Part shown: in pieces, positions 51,401 to 63,235 of the stretch
How the letters are laid out: each line of letters begins with the position of its first letter
Position numbering within the stretch: position 1 is the first letter of the stretch
DNA from: Hormiphora californensis
Lineage: Eukaryota; Animalia; Ctenophora
Reading direction: 5' to 3'
Length of the DNA stretch: 64,000 nt
Assembly (NCBI GenBank): GCA_020137815.1
Contig: CM035352.1
Span: 682,001-746,000 of the forward strand
The notes under the pieces: model-generated
Seen by the model: the letters and a program-made list of their open reading frames with translations, nothing else
What the model was told of the DNA's origin: nothing
Database searches by the model: none
Made by a program: the position numbers and the translations under genes

Positions 51401-54400
51401 AATGGTGTTTTTTGTCCTATCAACTATAATCTTGATGTGGATCTGTCGAAAATGTAAACAGTCAAGAGAAAATAATCGACTGGTACAGGAAAGTGGTGCG
51501 AGTTCACCAGCGGTGTATATCAACATGGGTCCTGTATCCTCCACTACGCAGATCACTAGAGAAAACAGCAGGGATGTGGGTGGAATCGGAAATTACAGGT
51601 GATCCACTTTACGCGACTGTAGAGTTTGTTGGGAAAAGAATAAAGAAGAGGACGGAAAAGGAGATCAGCCACTGGAACATACTTTACTCCAAGCAACTTC
51701 CTATCCAACTGAAAACTAGTATCTTTTGGGGGAAATGTACGAGAGAATACTTTTGCCAAACTACTCTTTTTTTCGTCGAGTATTAAATCTTTCTGAATAA
51801 TGATGTGAGTTTACCGTGTGGAGCCAAAAACGAAGTATGCTCGTTTCAAGATCCAACACTGATATAATAATGGTAATTAGACAAGTACCGTGTATAATGT
51901 AATAATTGTAAAATGTGTAATTGTCTTGTTAAACTTACCCCTTTGTTTTTCCATTCGTATTTGCTCGACATGTCAGCCATGACTGCCACCTCCCACAAGA
52001 ACAATCCCAAACCCCAGACATCGTTTCCCTGTAGGTCCACCTGCGCTGGTAGACACCTCGCCCAGGGCGGATTTTCCACTGAAATTACTGAGATTCAGCG
52101 AAATGATTTGAGCTAGCTCCAAGTACAGAGTTACAGTGGTGCTTGTAGTGGAGATACGGTAATGGCGGATACCGTAATGGTGCGGACTTTGTGTAACACG
52201 CGAGCGCTGAACTGCAAAAAGCTATTAAAAGTGAATTTGGTCAGCACGGCACATAGCACGTTGATTGGCCCCGCTTGCGTGCCGTTTGACCGTGTTGAAC
52301 TGACACCGTGTCGAACCGATACCGTATTCTCACTACAAGCATGTTAGGGGAGTGTGGGCACTGGGCAGGGCTAGTTGGGGAGTGTGGGCAGGGAGGGCTA
52401 GTTGGGGAGTGTGGGCAGGGCTGTTTCCTAACTTACCGTGTGTATTTTTAGCAGTGAAAAGTATTAGCTCAGGAGAGGCAAATCGGGCGGTACAGACTCG
52501 ATCATAATCTGTGCTATTTTTCAATCTTATCGTCTCGAAGTCACCCAGTTTTATTCCCAACGGGGATGATTCCTAAGGAAAGGTTATTTGCAATAATGGG
52601 TAAATTTCGGTAATAAATTATTCCCAACATTCACCCAATTTCCAAAAAAACGGGAATGTTGCGGAACACCAAGGCTATTCTATAGGATCTGTCAAATTAT
52701 ATTTACCGGCTACTAGGGCACCTGCAGTTTAGCGATTACTTACGGTTGCAGAGGATACGAAGAAGTTGTCTGAGCTGATATCACCGTGAGCGTAACCCTT
52801 GTGGTGAATGTACTCCATTGCAGAACACGCACCCCGAATAATGGAATCAACATCCTGGACAGTGAGATAGTGCCCTGAAACACGGTTAGTAAGAGGAAAT
52901 GCAAACGGAATTAATATATCAAAACATCCAGTTACAACTTATCTCATTGTTCTTGTTCTATTTTTGGTACCTTGTCCCCCGGGTCCCGGTCCCTCGCTTT
53001 GTACAAAAGTACAAAAGTCGCCTAGCGGTAGGTACTCCAAGACCATGACATTCGAGTTGAACTCCGACACGATGGTATATTCATCAGGCATTTTACCACG
53101 AATCGTCTGTGCTTCTCTATGAACGGAATGGTAACTTTATCAGTTGTTGACCAAACATAAATATAATATAAAGCCTTGGTTGTTAATAAAAATCCGAAAT
53201 CTTTGATTTAAAAACTTACTCGATCATTTTGATGATGTTCCCGTGCTCTGTATCTTTAAGGAATGACTGCTCACTGATAGCCGCGTTAGGATTGATCTCA
53301 TATGACTTGCATACAAACTGCTCGCCCCCTGGCACATAAGGCTCAAACAGGACCACGGAGCCTCGGAAAGTCTGAACATATTATGTGGTGTTAATATGGG
53401 GTGCTTTAATCTCCAGGGGGGATTCAAGAAACATAATTCTGTAGATCGTTTTGTCTCGGAACAAACCTTACACGACGCATCTGGCTCTCTAAACACCTTC
53501 AGGATCCTTCCTTCGACAGATCTCATGTCGTTATTGTACACATCACATGATACTGACACTGAAGTTGAACCCCAGAATATCTCATGGGTGGTACTGAAGT
53601 CATCAATTGCGTGATTGTGCGGTATAATACTGCTTGCTGCAGAAGATCCATCTATCGGTACGGGCTTACTCTGTACTCCATTCCTTTCCCTGAAGTTTGT
53701 TATTCTAACATTATACATGGGACAAAGAAGGCACAAAATGATCAAATATATCATGATTACTTCTTATTTACCTGTTGCCCTGGACGTATATCCTGGTTAG
53801 TATAACAATCACAACAACCGACACTAGCACCAGTAGACACCCCAATACGATCCATATTATAAAGTCCGTCCCAGGAGGTGGACCAGGACTTGGTTCAGCC
53901 GTTGGAACTGTAAAATGAGTGTGTGTGTCATACCAATCTGTTAGTTTACTCAAACACCGTTAGTATACTGAAACAGATACAGTCTAGTTTCTACCCAGGT
54001 CCCACCACTACCTTTGGTAACGAAACTACCCCTTTCTGCGGGCACGCTAAAACGATGCCTTAGTTACGAGGGGTAATTTCGATACCCAAAATTACCTATA
54101 ATAGTAGGGTCCTTAATGCAGGTGACAGTAGCAGAGGTATCGTCACAGTCGGTGTTAAGGTATTTCCAGCCATCATTCTCACAATAAGCAAACTGTTTTT
54201 CATCACCAGTGCAGTTTACACCAAACAAATACCGGCCATCTTCCGTATCTCTAACCGTGGAAAACTGTAAGAAACCTTGTGATAATGAGTTAATTCATAG
54301 ATATTATATTTACAACTATTTACATTTTGTGCAATCCATGTTTCACCGGCCTGCTCCCCCAAATCCCTGCAAAATACTTCAGCGTTTAGCTGTGTCCAGT

Positions 54401-57379
54401 TTTTTCCGCAGACAGGAAAATATTTGCCCATAAAGGAAACCAAGGCCTTAGCGTTAATATCACGGTAAGACAGGATTCGTTGGGGGTTGTTTGGTATCTC
54501 CACTGATCCACTCCACATTAGTTCTCTCCAAGAGTGTGGTCCAGGGACGGTCGTATTAGCATCTGCAAAAGCCATGTTGGTAATAATTATAACACATTAA
54601 AATAGGAAGATTCTGTTTAGGCCGAGCAAATTGCAGACAAATAGATCAAAAATTAGAGGTCCACTGTAAAATCAAACCTCCAAGAGAAGTCTGCCCATGG
54701 TAGATAAAGTTTATCTTTCCACATGTGGAATCACTGACAATTTCTTCGAAATACTCTTTAAAACTAGCGTGAAAGCTCTCGCGTATGCAGACCTTAAGCA
54801 GTGCATCGAAATCATCCTGAACCGAGTTGGATCATTATCGTTTATTTATGGAGCAATCCATGTGGACAACAATGAAACCGCACTTTACTCTATCTTGGGT
54901 AGGATAGACGCTAATGTCCCCTATAATTATGCGATAAACATGTAAACCACTATAATACCTTACCTGACATAAAAAGCGAAATGCCGAAGGCCAGTTTTTA
55001 TAACTTTCTGGAACTGTAAGATTTTCATTTGTACATTTTTCATCTTGAACAAGAAATGATATACACGCCCAATCCGCTACCAACCCTATTGGACATGATG
55101 TTTTTATAGGATAATCCTCATCGTCATCGTCAACTAGTTTATCTTTTCTCTTGAACGCTGTCAGAAAGGGAAGTCATTTTTAATGGGGAGGATAGTCTCA
55201 GTGAGGATTTCCAGAAACCATACTGGGAGTGAGATATAAATTATTTAGTAATTAGTTATTGAAACATTATGCCAAAAACTAACAGAAATTAGTTGGCTGA
55301 AAAGGTGACCACTTTTGTTGTCAAATTGACACCTTTGCCCTCTCCGGGTTTCATCATTATCTTTCCCTCTCTAATTTCTATCTCTCTCTTTCTCTCTCTC
55401 TATCTCTCTCTCTCTCTCTCTCACTTTCTCTTTCTCTTCCTCCCTATCTCTCTCTATCTCTCTTCTCAAACTCCCTGATTTACCCCCTGATTTACCCAAC
55501 CGATGATATCCGTAACCCGGGCCGGGCAAAGGTGTCAATTTGACAACAAAAGTGGTCACCTTTTCAGCCAACTAATTTCTGTTAGTTTTTGGCATAATCG
55601 GGGTACATTTTTGGTATTTTCTGATGTGAAATACAATGTAAGACATGTCTAGACATAGCAGAACGTGTAAAGACCGTCAGGAATCGCTAAATACGAAAAT
55701 TTTAATTTTGACGTCATTGTGACGTCATAGCGTGACGTCACGACGTTATAACGTCATTATAGGGAAGTATTATTATCAGGCTCATTTAGATAAAGAGGCT
55801 GACTAAGTTTGAGATCGATTGGACAAGATTTGAGGTCGCTATGGCGAAAAACGCACTATCGTCATATCTATTTTCATACAGTCTTAATACTTCAGACGCG
55901 ATTTGAGACCCTTAGAAATAGAGTTTTACGAATTCGCGATATAGTTTCTGAAAGTTTAGACGATTATCTTTCATAAGTGTGGTCTCCGTTTTTCAATCAG
56001 AAATCGTCTTCAGGGTGTAAATTGAGCTCAAAGAAATTTGGTTGGTTTGAAAAATGTCTTATCTTTATGACAGTTTGACAAGACGTTCTGATTGGACCTA
56101 GAACATGAAAACTATTCGTCTACACAATTTAAACGATTATCTTTCGAATGCAACAAACGAGAAGTGTCTATCTTATGTCGTTTTCTCTCAAAAACGATTA
56201 TAAATTTGGTAAAATAGCGTCTATCCATACATAGATAGATAGATAGATACATAGATAGACCCGGGACACTTATTGCTTTTTTCACGATGCCATATCTCTA
56301 AAACTAAAAGAGATAGAGACTTGCCCTTTTAAACTACAGTAGATCTAGACTATGTGACACTGTATACCAAATTTCAGACTGATTGGTGGAGTGGGGGCCT
56401 CGCTATGGGCGTTGCAAAATGCCATTTTTGGCTAAAAACTGAAAAAAGTTATTACTGCATTCTGGCACGCGCGGCTGGGGGGAGGGAATGGTCACCTTTG
56501 CGCTTGCCAGCGCAGTGATAATTAAATTATAGTGACTAACCGAACCTAAAGTCACTAAGAAACCCTTCATTGCTATTTTCGTAGGTTTCCACAAAACGTT
56601 TATAATCATAGTCAAACATATTAAAAAGTGTCCGGGCGGTGCCTGAAACGATGTATGTTATGGGCATGTTATGTTCATTGTTTTTAATGTGTTACAAAGG
56701 AAGGTTTAGTAGGATAAAGTCAATTTTAAAATATTGGATTGATTTAAAACAATGAAATATGCTGGGGAGAATATTGCTTACTTGGAAACATCTCGGTAGA
56801 GTTAACTGGGGTTTGCTCTAAAACTGAGGGGTCATCCGATGGCAGATAGTACTCATTTTTTTCCCTCATAGAATGAGAGACAGGTATAGAACTAAAAGAG
56901 TATTGTGGTTTGTTTCTACAAATATTAACCCAGCGAGTCTCCATTAGTCCAATAAACGTATGAACTGTTTGAAGCTCCATCAAGCTGAATTGATGATAAG
57001 AAAAAAAACTAACCCTTTGAATTCCATTTCCCTGCTCCCGGATACACATCCTACAGAATATTTAGGAAGTACTCCCTGAAAGATTAATATCGTGATAAAA
57101 GAGGGTCGAACAAGGCAAGCTCTTATTGTTATTCAAATTATTTACTTCTTGTGTGAAGTTATCGTGCAGGATCCTCTTTGTATCTTCACATGATCCTGGA
57201 AAAAAGTAGATTTCAGATTTAGATAAGCGTCAGACCGGCTAAACAAGTACATAGTTATGAAAGCACCAGTTCATACGCCACTACTAAATTCAACTAATTC
57301 GACGGCAATACGTTTCGGCTCACTTACCCTCTACAATTGAAGTTGTCACTGTAGATAAAACTAGCCAAGTTAGTAGCAT
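43570..57379 (-). CDS. Receptor-like kinase: signal peptide, Cys-containing ectodomain with an SRCR domain, TM helix, divergent non-RD kinase domain (18 exons, about 900 aa)
   Basis: Phase-consistent exons: 57328-57379, 57146-57195, 57014-57075, 56782-56915, 54964-55157, 54678-54816, 54324-54562, 54096-54264, 53772-53907, 53467-53689, 53220-53371, 52971-53116, 52744-52874, 52437-52572, 51939-52078, 51815-51858, 44136-44240, 43570-44023. SRCR: [19 protein letters not shown] ... [16 protein letters not shown]...DC..ATVTC. Kinase: [60 protein letters not shown]...RLTA. The first four exons are less certain. Confidence 0.8.
44446..46392 (+). CDS. Delta/DSL-ligand-like type I membrane protein A with 26 copies of [12 protein letters not shown]; one +1 frameshift at 45003-45006
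   Basis: Signal exon 44446-44481, exon 2 from 44589. N-terminal region resembles the MNNL/C2 domain. DSL-like [37 protein letters not shown], a second DSL-like unit after the repeats, and [22 protein letters not shown]. Possible extra last exon 46434-46503. Confidence 0.75.
46901..47524 (-). CDS. Secreted C-type lectin domain protein, intronless, nested in the kinase intron
   Basis: Signal peptide, then [30 protein letters not shown] and terminal ILCK. Confidence 0.85.
   Translation of the reverse strand: MFVFVLSVLVGGSLGATVICTDYGKDVGGGGGLDGYYVKPVPRSCGMQHHRRGWIPTFRIKETMGDCKEGWKEFRDYCYKDMEFEKEFDIAEEACNKFNAHIHMPNDREEYTFVEQNVMQRNVMYWLGIFCTDSGRTTDLTKMFTASGEDMKKIQKKLNARMENNHFIDNGRERPCACSKRNDDNWRWKYHHFNGGDYQGILCKAPM
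47587..48100. repeat. CT/GA microsatellites, partly degenerate
   Basis: Seen directly. A (GT)n tract also lies at 48388-48451. Confidence 0.8.
49752..49812. mobile_element. Truncated copy of the CAGTCG pogo-type MITE
   Basis: Reverse complement of the left end of 30996-31167, ending CGACTG|TA. Confidence 0.7.
49953..51602 (+). CDS. Delta/DSL-ligand-like type I membrane protein B with about 20 copies of [12 protein letters not shown]; frameshifts at about 50193 and 50934
   Basis: Signal exon 49953-49991, exon 2 from 50070. Paralogous to gene A ([14 protein letters not shown] versus [14 protein letters not shown]). DSL-like [35 protein letters not shown] and [25 protein letters not shown]. 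Confidence 0.75.
55266..55598. mobile_element. 75-bp perfect inverted repeat enclosing a CT microsatellite, at the edge of a larger repeat-derived block extending to about 56650
   Basis: 55266-55340 is the reverse complement of 55524-55598. Confidence 0.75.
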
Positions 57380-57719
57380 CCCCAGCTTCAGTAGAGAGGT
57401 CAGGAAGATTATGTCGAGTTCTTCCTAACCTAAAATTATCTTTGCATTACACACGATATGAAAGTTTTAAGCTTGAACTTATCGGGCACCAGAAATATCG
57501 CAGGAAAAAAACTTTGGGAAAACCATTGGGGGGGGGGGTTACGATCTGGATGTTTAAGGTGCACACCGCCAAAGTTCATTTTCACCCCAAACATTTTCAC
57601 ATGTGATATTGTGGCGTGCACCTTACATTAAAATGGGTCTATCATCTAACCACCAAACCAATTGGCAATCAACCTTTTTGGCTGATTTAACAATAACAAT
57701 AACAATAACATTTAACATA

Positions 57720-58200
57720 TTTAAATCGCTTTTGAGCGAAAAGTGTTTATCTCGATCGACTTATACTAAAGCGTCCTTTCGATCAAAACTCGCTTTCTAA
57801 AGCGCATCTTCGTATCAATGTCCTTCCGAAAGTCCTCGTTGTCATATAGTTAATAAGTTAATTAAAAAACAGCATAAACTGTCAAATATAATTAATAAAT
57901 AGTTAATAAGTTAATCAAAACAGCATAAACTGAACACTGAATATCTTATATCCACAAGATAGAATCATACAAAAGTCTAAAAAAATATAGCGCAACAGAG
58001 GCCATAGATCTCAACGTAAAAATTACACCAGTCTCAATAAGGTCAAAGGTGTGCCCGTCATGGAAAAGATGAGGTCTTAATCAGGTAATGTTGAGCTTGG
58101 TCTTGAAAAATGGTGTATTCGTGTCTTGCAGAGTATGATAGTGAACGATAAGACTTCAAATCCCTTTTGGCAACATTGTGATGTGATATCCTGTGAATAG
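57720..58200 (-). mobile_element. Decayed CR1/L2-like LINE fragment (end of APE endonuclease and linker)
   Basis: Broken frames with HDGHTFDLI, DNEDFRKDI and DKHFSLK, resembling the THxxGHTLDL, DxxxFxxDL and LDKHAPxK motifs. Confidence 0.4.
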
Positions 58201-59208
58201 AGAGTTGATTTCTACATGAAACGAAAATGGAAAGAGCAACAACAACTGCAAATGCAGTTCAGAAAGATATAAAACGCTCTTGGATCAAGGGATCCAAAGA
58301 TAGCAAAATACAAACTAAAGTCCAATTTCCCACTCAAGCGACAGGTCACCACACACCAACTCGCTAACCAGATGTGAAACTGGCTGAACCAGTGACACTC
58401 GACAAGGCAGAGACCGGATCCCGGCCGCAACGGCCAGATAAAGTAAAATTTACAGTTTATCTGATGGGAAATCTCCATTCCTCTTACCCCAACCCCACCC
58501 CTAACCCAGGGGCGAAGCTAAGCTGGGTCCAGTGGGTCCAGGACCCACTTTTTGGCCGAAAGAAGAGAAGAAAAACTTGCCAAAAAGTGAAAAGATCGTC
58601 AAAAAAAAGTGAAGAAACGAGCCGATTTACAATTTTAAATGGAACGAACGCGCGCGAGAAAAAGCTAATGCTGCAGCGCCACATTCCGGACCACCTTCGC
58701 GCGTTACATTTAAAGCGCGTTACATTTAGTGCATTTTCTGCAGCGCTGGACCCAAAATTTTTTTCGTGAATGAACGCCGCGCACCGCCCTTAACATTTTT
58801 TAAAAAACCGGCCAGCGTTAAAATCTGGGTTTAAAAAAGCGCTGCACCAGCGTTTGTCAAAAATCTGGGTGTTTCATGAGTGCTGACAATCGTTTTTTAG
58901 GTTTAGGGCTAAAGTAGGGTTAGGTCCAAAGTAGGGTTGGGGTTAGGCCTTTACATTTACTACAAGATAAACTTTGAATTAGCCAAAACGGTTGAGTGGT
59001 TTGGCGGTTAGAGCCGCATAAGAAGGCTGGCTTAAGAGCTCTGGCGTTTTAATTATGAGTTTTTTCTCTGTTTTTTGCGTTTATCTCTTAGCTATGTTGA
59101 GTCAATTTGCGGGGTATCAAATGTAACAATTGAATTGAATTGAATTGAATTGAATTGAATTTTAGTGAATCAACTTTTTTTTTGTTGTTTCTCTCTTCTT
59201 TCGTATCC

Positions 59209-59862
59209 CGTAAAGTCGGATTTTTTGAATTTGTCACCCCCTGGGTGGCGACTGGCGAGTGAGAGAGACATAAAGACTAACGAGAGAGAAGAATTGAAGC
59301 GTGACAGCATTTGCTTATAGTCGAATTTTTTAATCAAGGGACAGGGGGCCGCGCATTTACAAAAGTATTTTTGCGTGTGCTAAACATTTTCGCTTATATC
59401 TCCCGTTCCTGATAAGATAAAGACTTGATCTTGGTTGCATTGAAAAGGTCTTAAAATTATCTTTCCAACGCTTCCGGGTACTTGATCTCGATTATCACGC
59501 GCAAAAAGACTTTTGTAAATGTGCGGCCCCCTGTCCCTTGATTAAAAAATTCGACTTTACTGCGGCGCATCTCTCTGATGCGTGGCGCATTTCTCGTCGG
59601 ATTTCTCGTCGGAGTATGTCGGATGACCACTGTGAGTTTATATTTGTACATCGGAAACGTGTCGGAAACTTATTTTGGCTCTTACGCCTTTGTTTCTTGA
59701 CTAATTTCGTCAAACAAAACTTTTACGGACTCACAAAATTATGCTCTTTCCGATGATATGCGGCTTTTTGCGGAAAATTGAGTGCAAGTGGGGGCTGTCA
59801 CACGCAAATACGACGCCACGTGTGAAAAAGGTGGTGACAACTTCAAAAATCCGACTTTACTG
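59209..59862. mobile_element. Composite MITE with nested inverted repeats
   Basis: Outer pair GTAAAGTCGGATTTTTTGAATTTGTCACC / GGTGACAACTTCAAAAATCCGACTTTAC. Inner pair 59319-59379 versus 59496-59557. Confidence 0.7.
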
Positions 59863-59900
59863 CCGGTCTGTAGCACACGCGAACCAAACACGTAGCCCAT

Positions 59901-60121
59901 AGTGAACCATAATAATTAATAAGGTTCAAGAGCGTCCAAGAGCACACCTCATCCAGAAGAGACCACTCCAAGAGTGGTATCTTTTGAAAAGGGAACTCTT
60001 TTGGAGTGGTCTCTTCTGGATGTGTTGCGCTCTTGAATGTGTTGCACTCTTGAAGTTGGTCTCTTCTGGATGTGTTGCGCTCTTGGATGTGGTGCGCTCT
60101 TGAACTTTATTATGGTTTACT
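59901..60121. mobile_element. Palindromic MITE-like element
   Basis: CATCCAGAAGAGACCACTCCAA mirrored by TTGGAGTGGTCTCTTCTGGATG; outer pair GTTCAAGAGCG / CGCTCTTGAAC. Confidence 0.65.
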
Positions 60122-61131
60122 TTATTATGGTTTACTTACGGTTCCATTGCGTGAAAGACAGCACCCCTCATAGCAAAGTAACAAATAAATGTAGTTACTC
60201 AGTATGTGTTTAGGAATGGAAATGTAAGATGGCTTGATACTGCCGATAACATGTGATATGAAACATTTTACCGCTAAACTATCATCCAAGTCTTCAGCTC
60301 CTTCCTCGCCCGGGACTGCGGAGTCATCTGACCTTTTCAAGGTCCAAAAAGTAAGTACAAACTTGCTTTGTTCGACACTTTTTAACGAATCACAGTACCC
60401 CTTGTTTTCAAGTGTAAAGGATGGTTAGAACGTAACAAGTACAACCTGTTAGATATCATTGTATAATATTCTTACTTTTGAAACTAATAATTATTGCTCA
60501 AACATTATAGTTCAATCCCAGTTCAATTATATTATTCGGTAAGTGAAAGGTTTGTAGATGTGCAGCAATATAGCCCCAGCTAAACATTCCATTATATTCA
60601 AATGAGAGTGAAGCATTTTTGGGTACGCATCATGCCCCTCCGTGTTCGTATACCGCCAAAGCATGTTTGATGAGCCGTTGTGGCTAATAAATGATTAGTG
60701 CCAACATTTTTGAAGAAAATAGTTGCTAATTTGTTATCGGTTTTGTCCATTTGGCTAGTTACAGTATCCCTCCAGTACCCTTTGGCGATATGGATACCTG
60801 AATTATCGGTCATGTGCGACAGTGATTGAGCACATTATATACAGGTGGCCGCTACGCTAAAAATTACTGCAACGGTCGCAACAAACTGATGGACCGATTT
60901 ATACCGGATATTTTCACGGGGAAACCTTCATCATGAGTTACCTCTTGTTCAATGTCCAAGGAGAATTAGTATTGGCCAAATTTGACTGAACGAAGGCTAT
61001 TTTATAAGCTCGGCTACAAGCTCCTTATATGAGGCTCTGGAACGATCTCTGACTATTGTGAAAATCGTCATACCCTTCTGAGATTGAGAAAATACCTAGA
61101 CATTATTTCGATTGTGGCCGTAGTTGTCATA

Positions 61132-61528
61132 CTGTAAAACTAGATGTTTTCGAGGCAATTAATTTTCGCGATTCGATCAAAATTTACTATTTTCGCGATT
61201 TTAATTTTCGCTAATCCCATTTCACGGTCCCAGTCTATTGTCTAATTACGCCAAGAGTGCAGTCATCATTGCCATGAGACACCAGACCTGCTTGGCGTAG
61301 ACCAATGAAATGTGAGCATTTTCTCATTGCTGATTGGCTCTAAGATCTGATGAACCGATTGTCGTTGACTTAGTACTAAAAGTAAAAAATGTGTCATCCT
61401 GAAATAACTTGCACGAGCTTTCTGTAAAAAATCGGCCAAAATATTTTCGCGGAATTAATTTTCGCGGATTTTCCAGCCAAAAATAAAGAGCGAAGATAAA
61501 AATCTCACGAAAATATCTAGTTTTACAG
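61132..61528. mobile_element. TA-flanked MITE (397 bp)
   Basis: TA|CTGTAAAACTAGAT ... ATCTAGTTTTACAG|TA with internal TAATTTTCGCG repeats. Confidence 0.8.
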
Positions 61529-61809
61529 TAGTTGTCGATTGAGGCTGCAATTTAGTTTCAGGTCAGCTCTAAATGCTAATTATAGTACAGCTTATAATAC
61601 AGTAAGGTGGGAAGTGAACCCGTTCCTTTGTAGCTATCAGTCATCCTGTCATCTTATAGAGTGTAAAAGAGGGTGGTAGTTGCGAATTATTGGAGTGGGA
61701 TGAAAGGTCCTGAAGGAGTAATCGGTAACGCCCCTCGACATAAACTACAGTAGTAGACAGTAGTTACACTATCTCTTCTTCTCCCCCTCTCGCTCTCTCT
61801 TTTCCTTTA

Positions 61810-61862
<53 letters not shown>

Positions 61863-61919
61863 CTCCTCGTCCTCTCTCTCTCTCTCTCTCATCTCTCTCT
61901 CGCTCTCTCTTTCTCTCTA

Positions 61920-61998
<79 letters not shown>

Positions 61999-62321
61999 TG
62001 GGTGTATATATGCCAATGCAATCAACTACCGCACTCCATCCCTATATATGGTATGATTGGCTTCATACTCCTATTTCCTTTCTCTCTCTCTCAGCCTCCC
62101 TCAATTTCCGCTCAATTTCCCTTTTCCCTCTCTTTATTAATTATTTCCACCCAGTGTTCCTGCCAGAACTATCAACAAGAAATATATGATATAATGTATC
62201 AGCCAAAAATTAATGGAAATTAGTTGGTGGGAAAGGTGGCCCACTTACACCTTTTGCTGTTGCCGGTTCGTCGGTATCTCTCATTATATGGGGGTAACTT
62301 ATTCATTTCTTGTCTCCCCCC

Positions 62322-62392
<71 letters not shown>

Positions 62393-63235
62393 TTTATCTC
62401 TCTCGCTATCTCTCTCTCACTTTCTCTTTTGATTTCTAATGTCAGTATGGAATTGTTTCATGATGTAATATTGTTAAAATGATGGGTTTTATGAAAAACA
62501 AGACAAATTTATGTGAAAATCGTAATTTTGACGTCATTCTGACGTTTTGTGACATCCCCGTGACTTCGTAACGATGCATCACGATAAAGTTTGAATAAAT
62601 ATGTATCCCAAAGTCGCTTGTAAAGTTTGAATTTTGATTGGCTACCATTGTTAGCATGGGATTGTGATAGGTCGAACGAATACCGGCCTGCATTCTGGTT
62701 GGGAAATAGTTCTCCGAATTCACTGAGTTTTTGGAGGTTATTAACAATTTGTGTTAACCTCAAATTTGGGTCTCGAGGTGCCCTTCACACGACAATAATA
62801 TGTGGGAATGTTGTTCATTTCACAGCTCCGTCCTCTGTGAACCTCAAAACCTCCTTGACCCCCGGACCCAGGGCACCACTCGACTAAGTTAGCTTGGTAT
62901 GTTATTGATCCCACCGTTCTAGAAGCCATAGCTATAAATAAATATGTTAACACTATAAATAATGTTTGTTTTTATCATCCGTTATAGAAGAAAGCTATAG
63001 ATAGATTTAGGGCTGCTATGTTAAGATCGCATGATATTTTCCCTTTTAGAACTTTAATATGTTCTAGAAAATGAATATAGCATTGTCAAGAGAGCTTCTA
63101 TCTTTAGAACATTCTGAATAAAACGGGGGTGGGGTGAGAGATAAATCTGAGCCAAGACCACTCTCTTCAAATCAAGAGCCGCTATTATATTAAAGTAAGA
63201 TTTCTTGAAGTGTCAACTAAACCTTTATATTGGGA

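Noticed and set aside
53224-53466. C-terminal half of the 176-aa ORF 53224-53754 as coding in that frame
   Set aside because: The kinase motifs lie in a different frame after an intron (53372-53466).
58484-58950. TAACCC/TTAGGG-like words as telomeric repeats
   Set aside because: They are few, degenerate and arranged as inverted flanks of a repeat-like block, so more likely TE-internal.
60125-61750. Minus-strand coding exons upstream of the kinase gene
   Set aside because: The composition is exon-like in places, but in-frame stops, a MITE insertion and the lack of a consistent splice chain or domain leave it unsupported.
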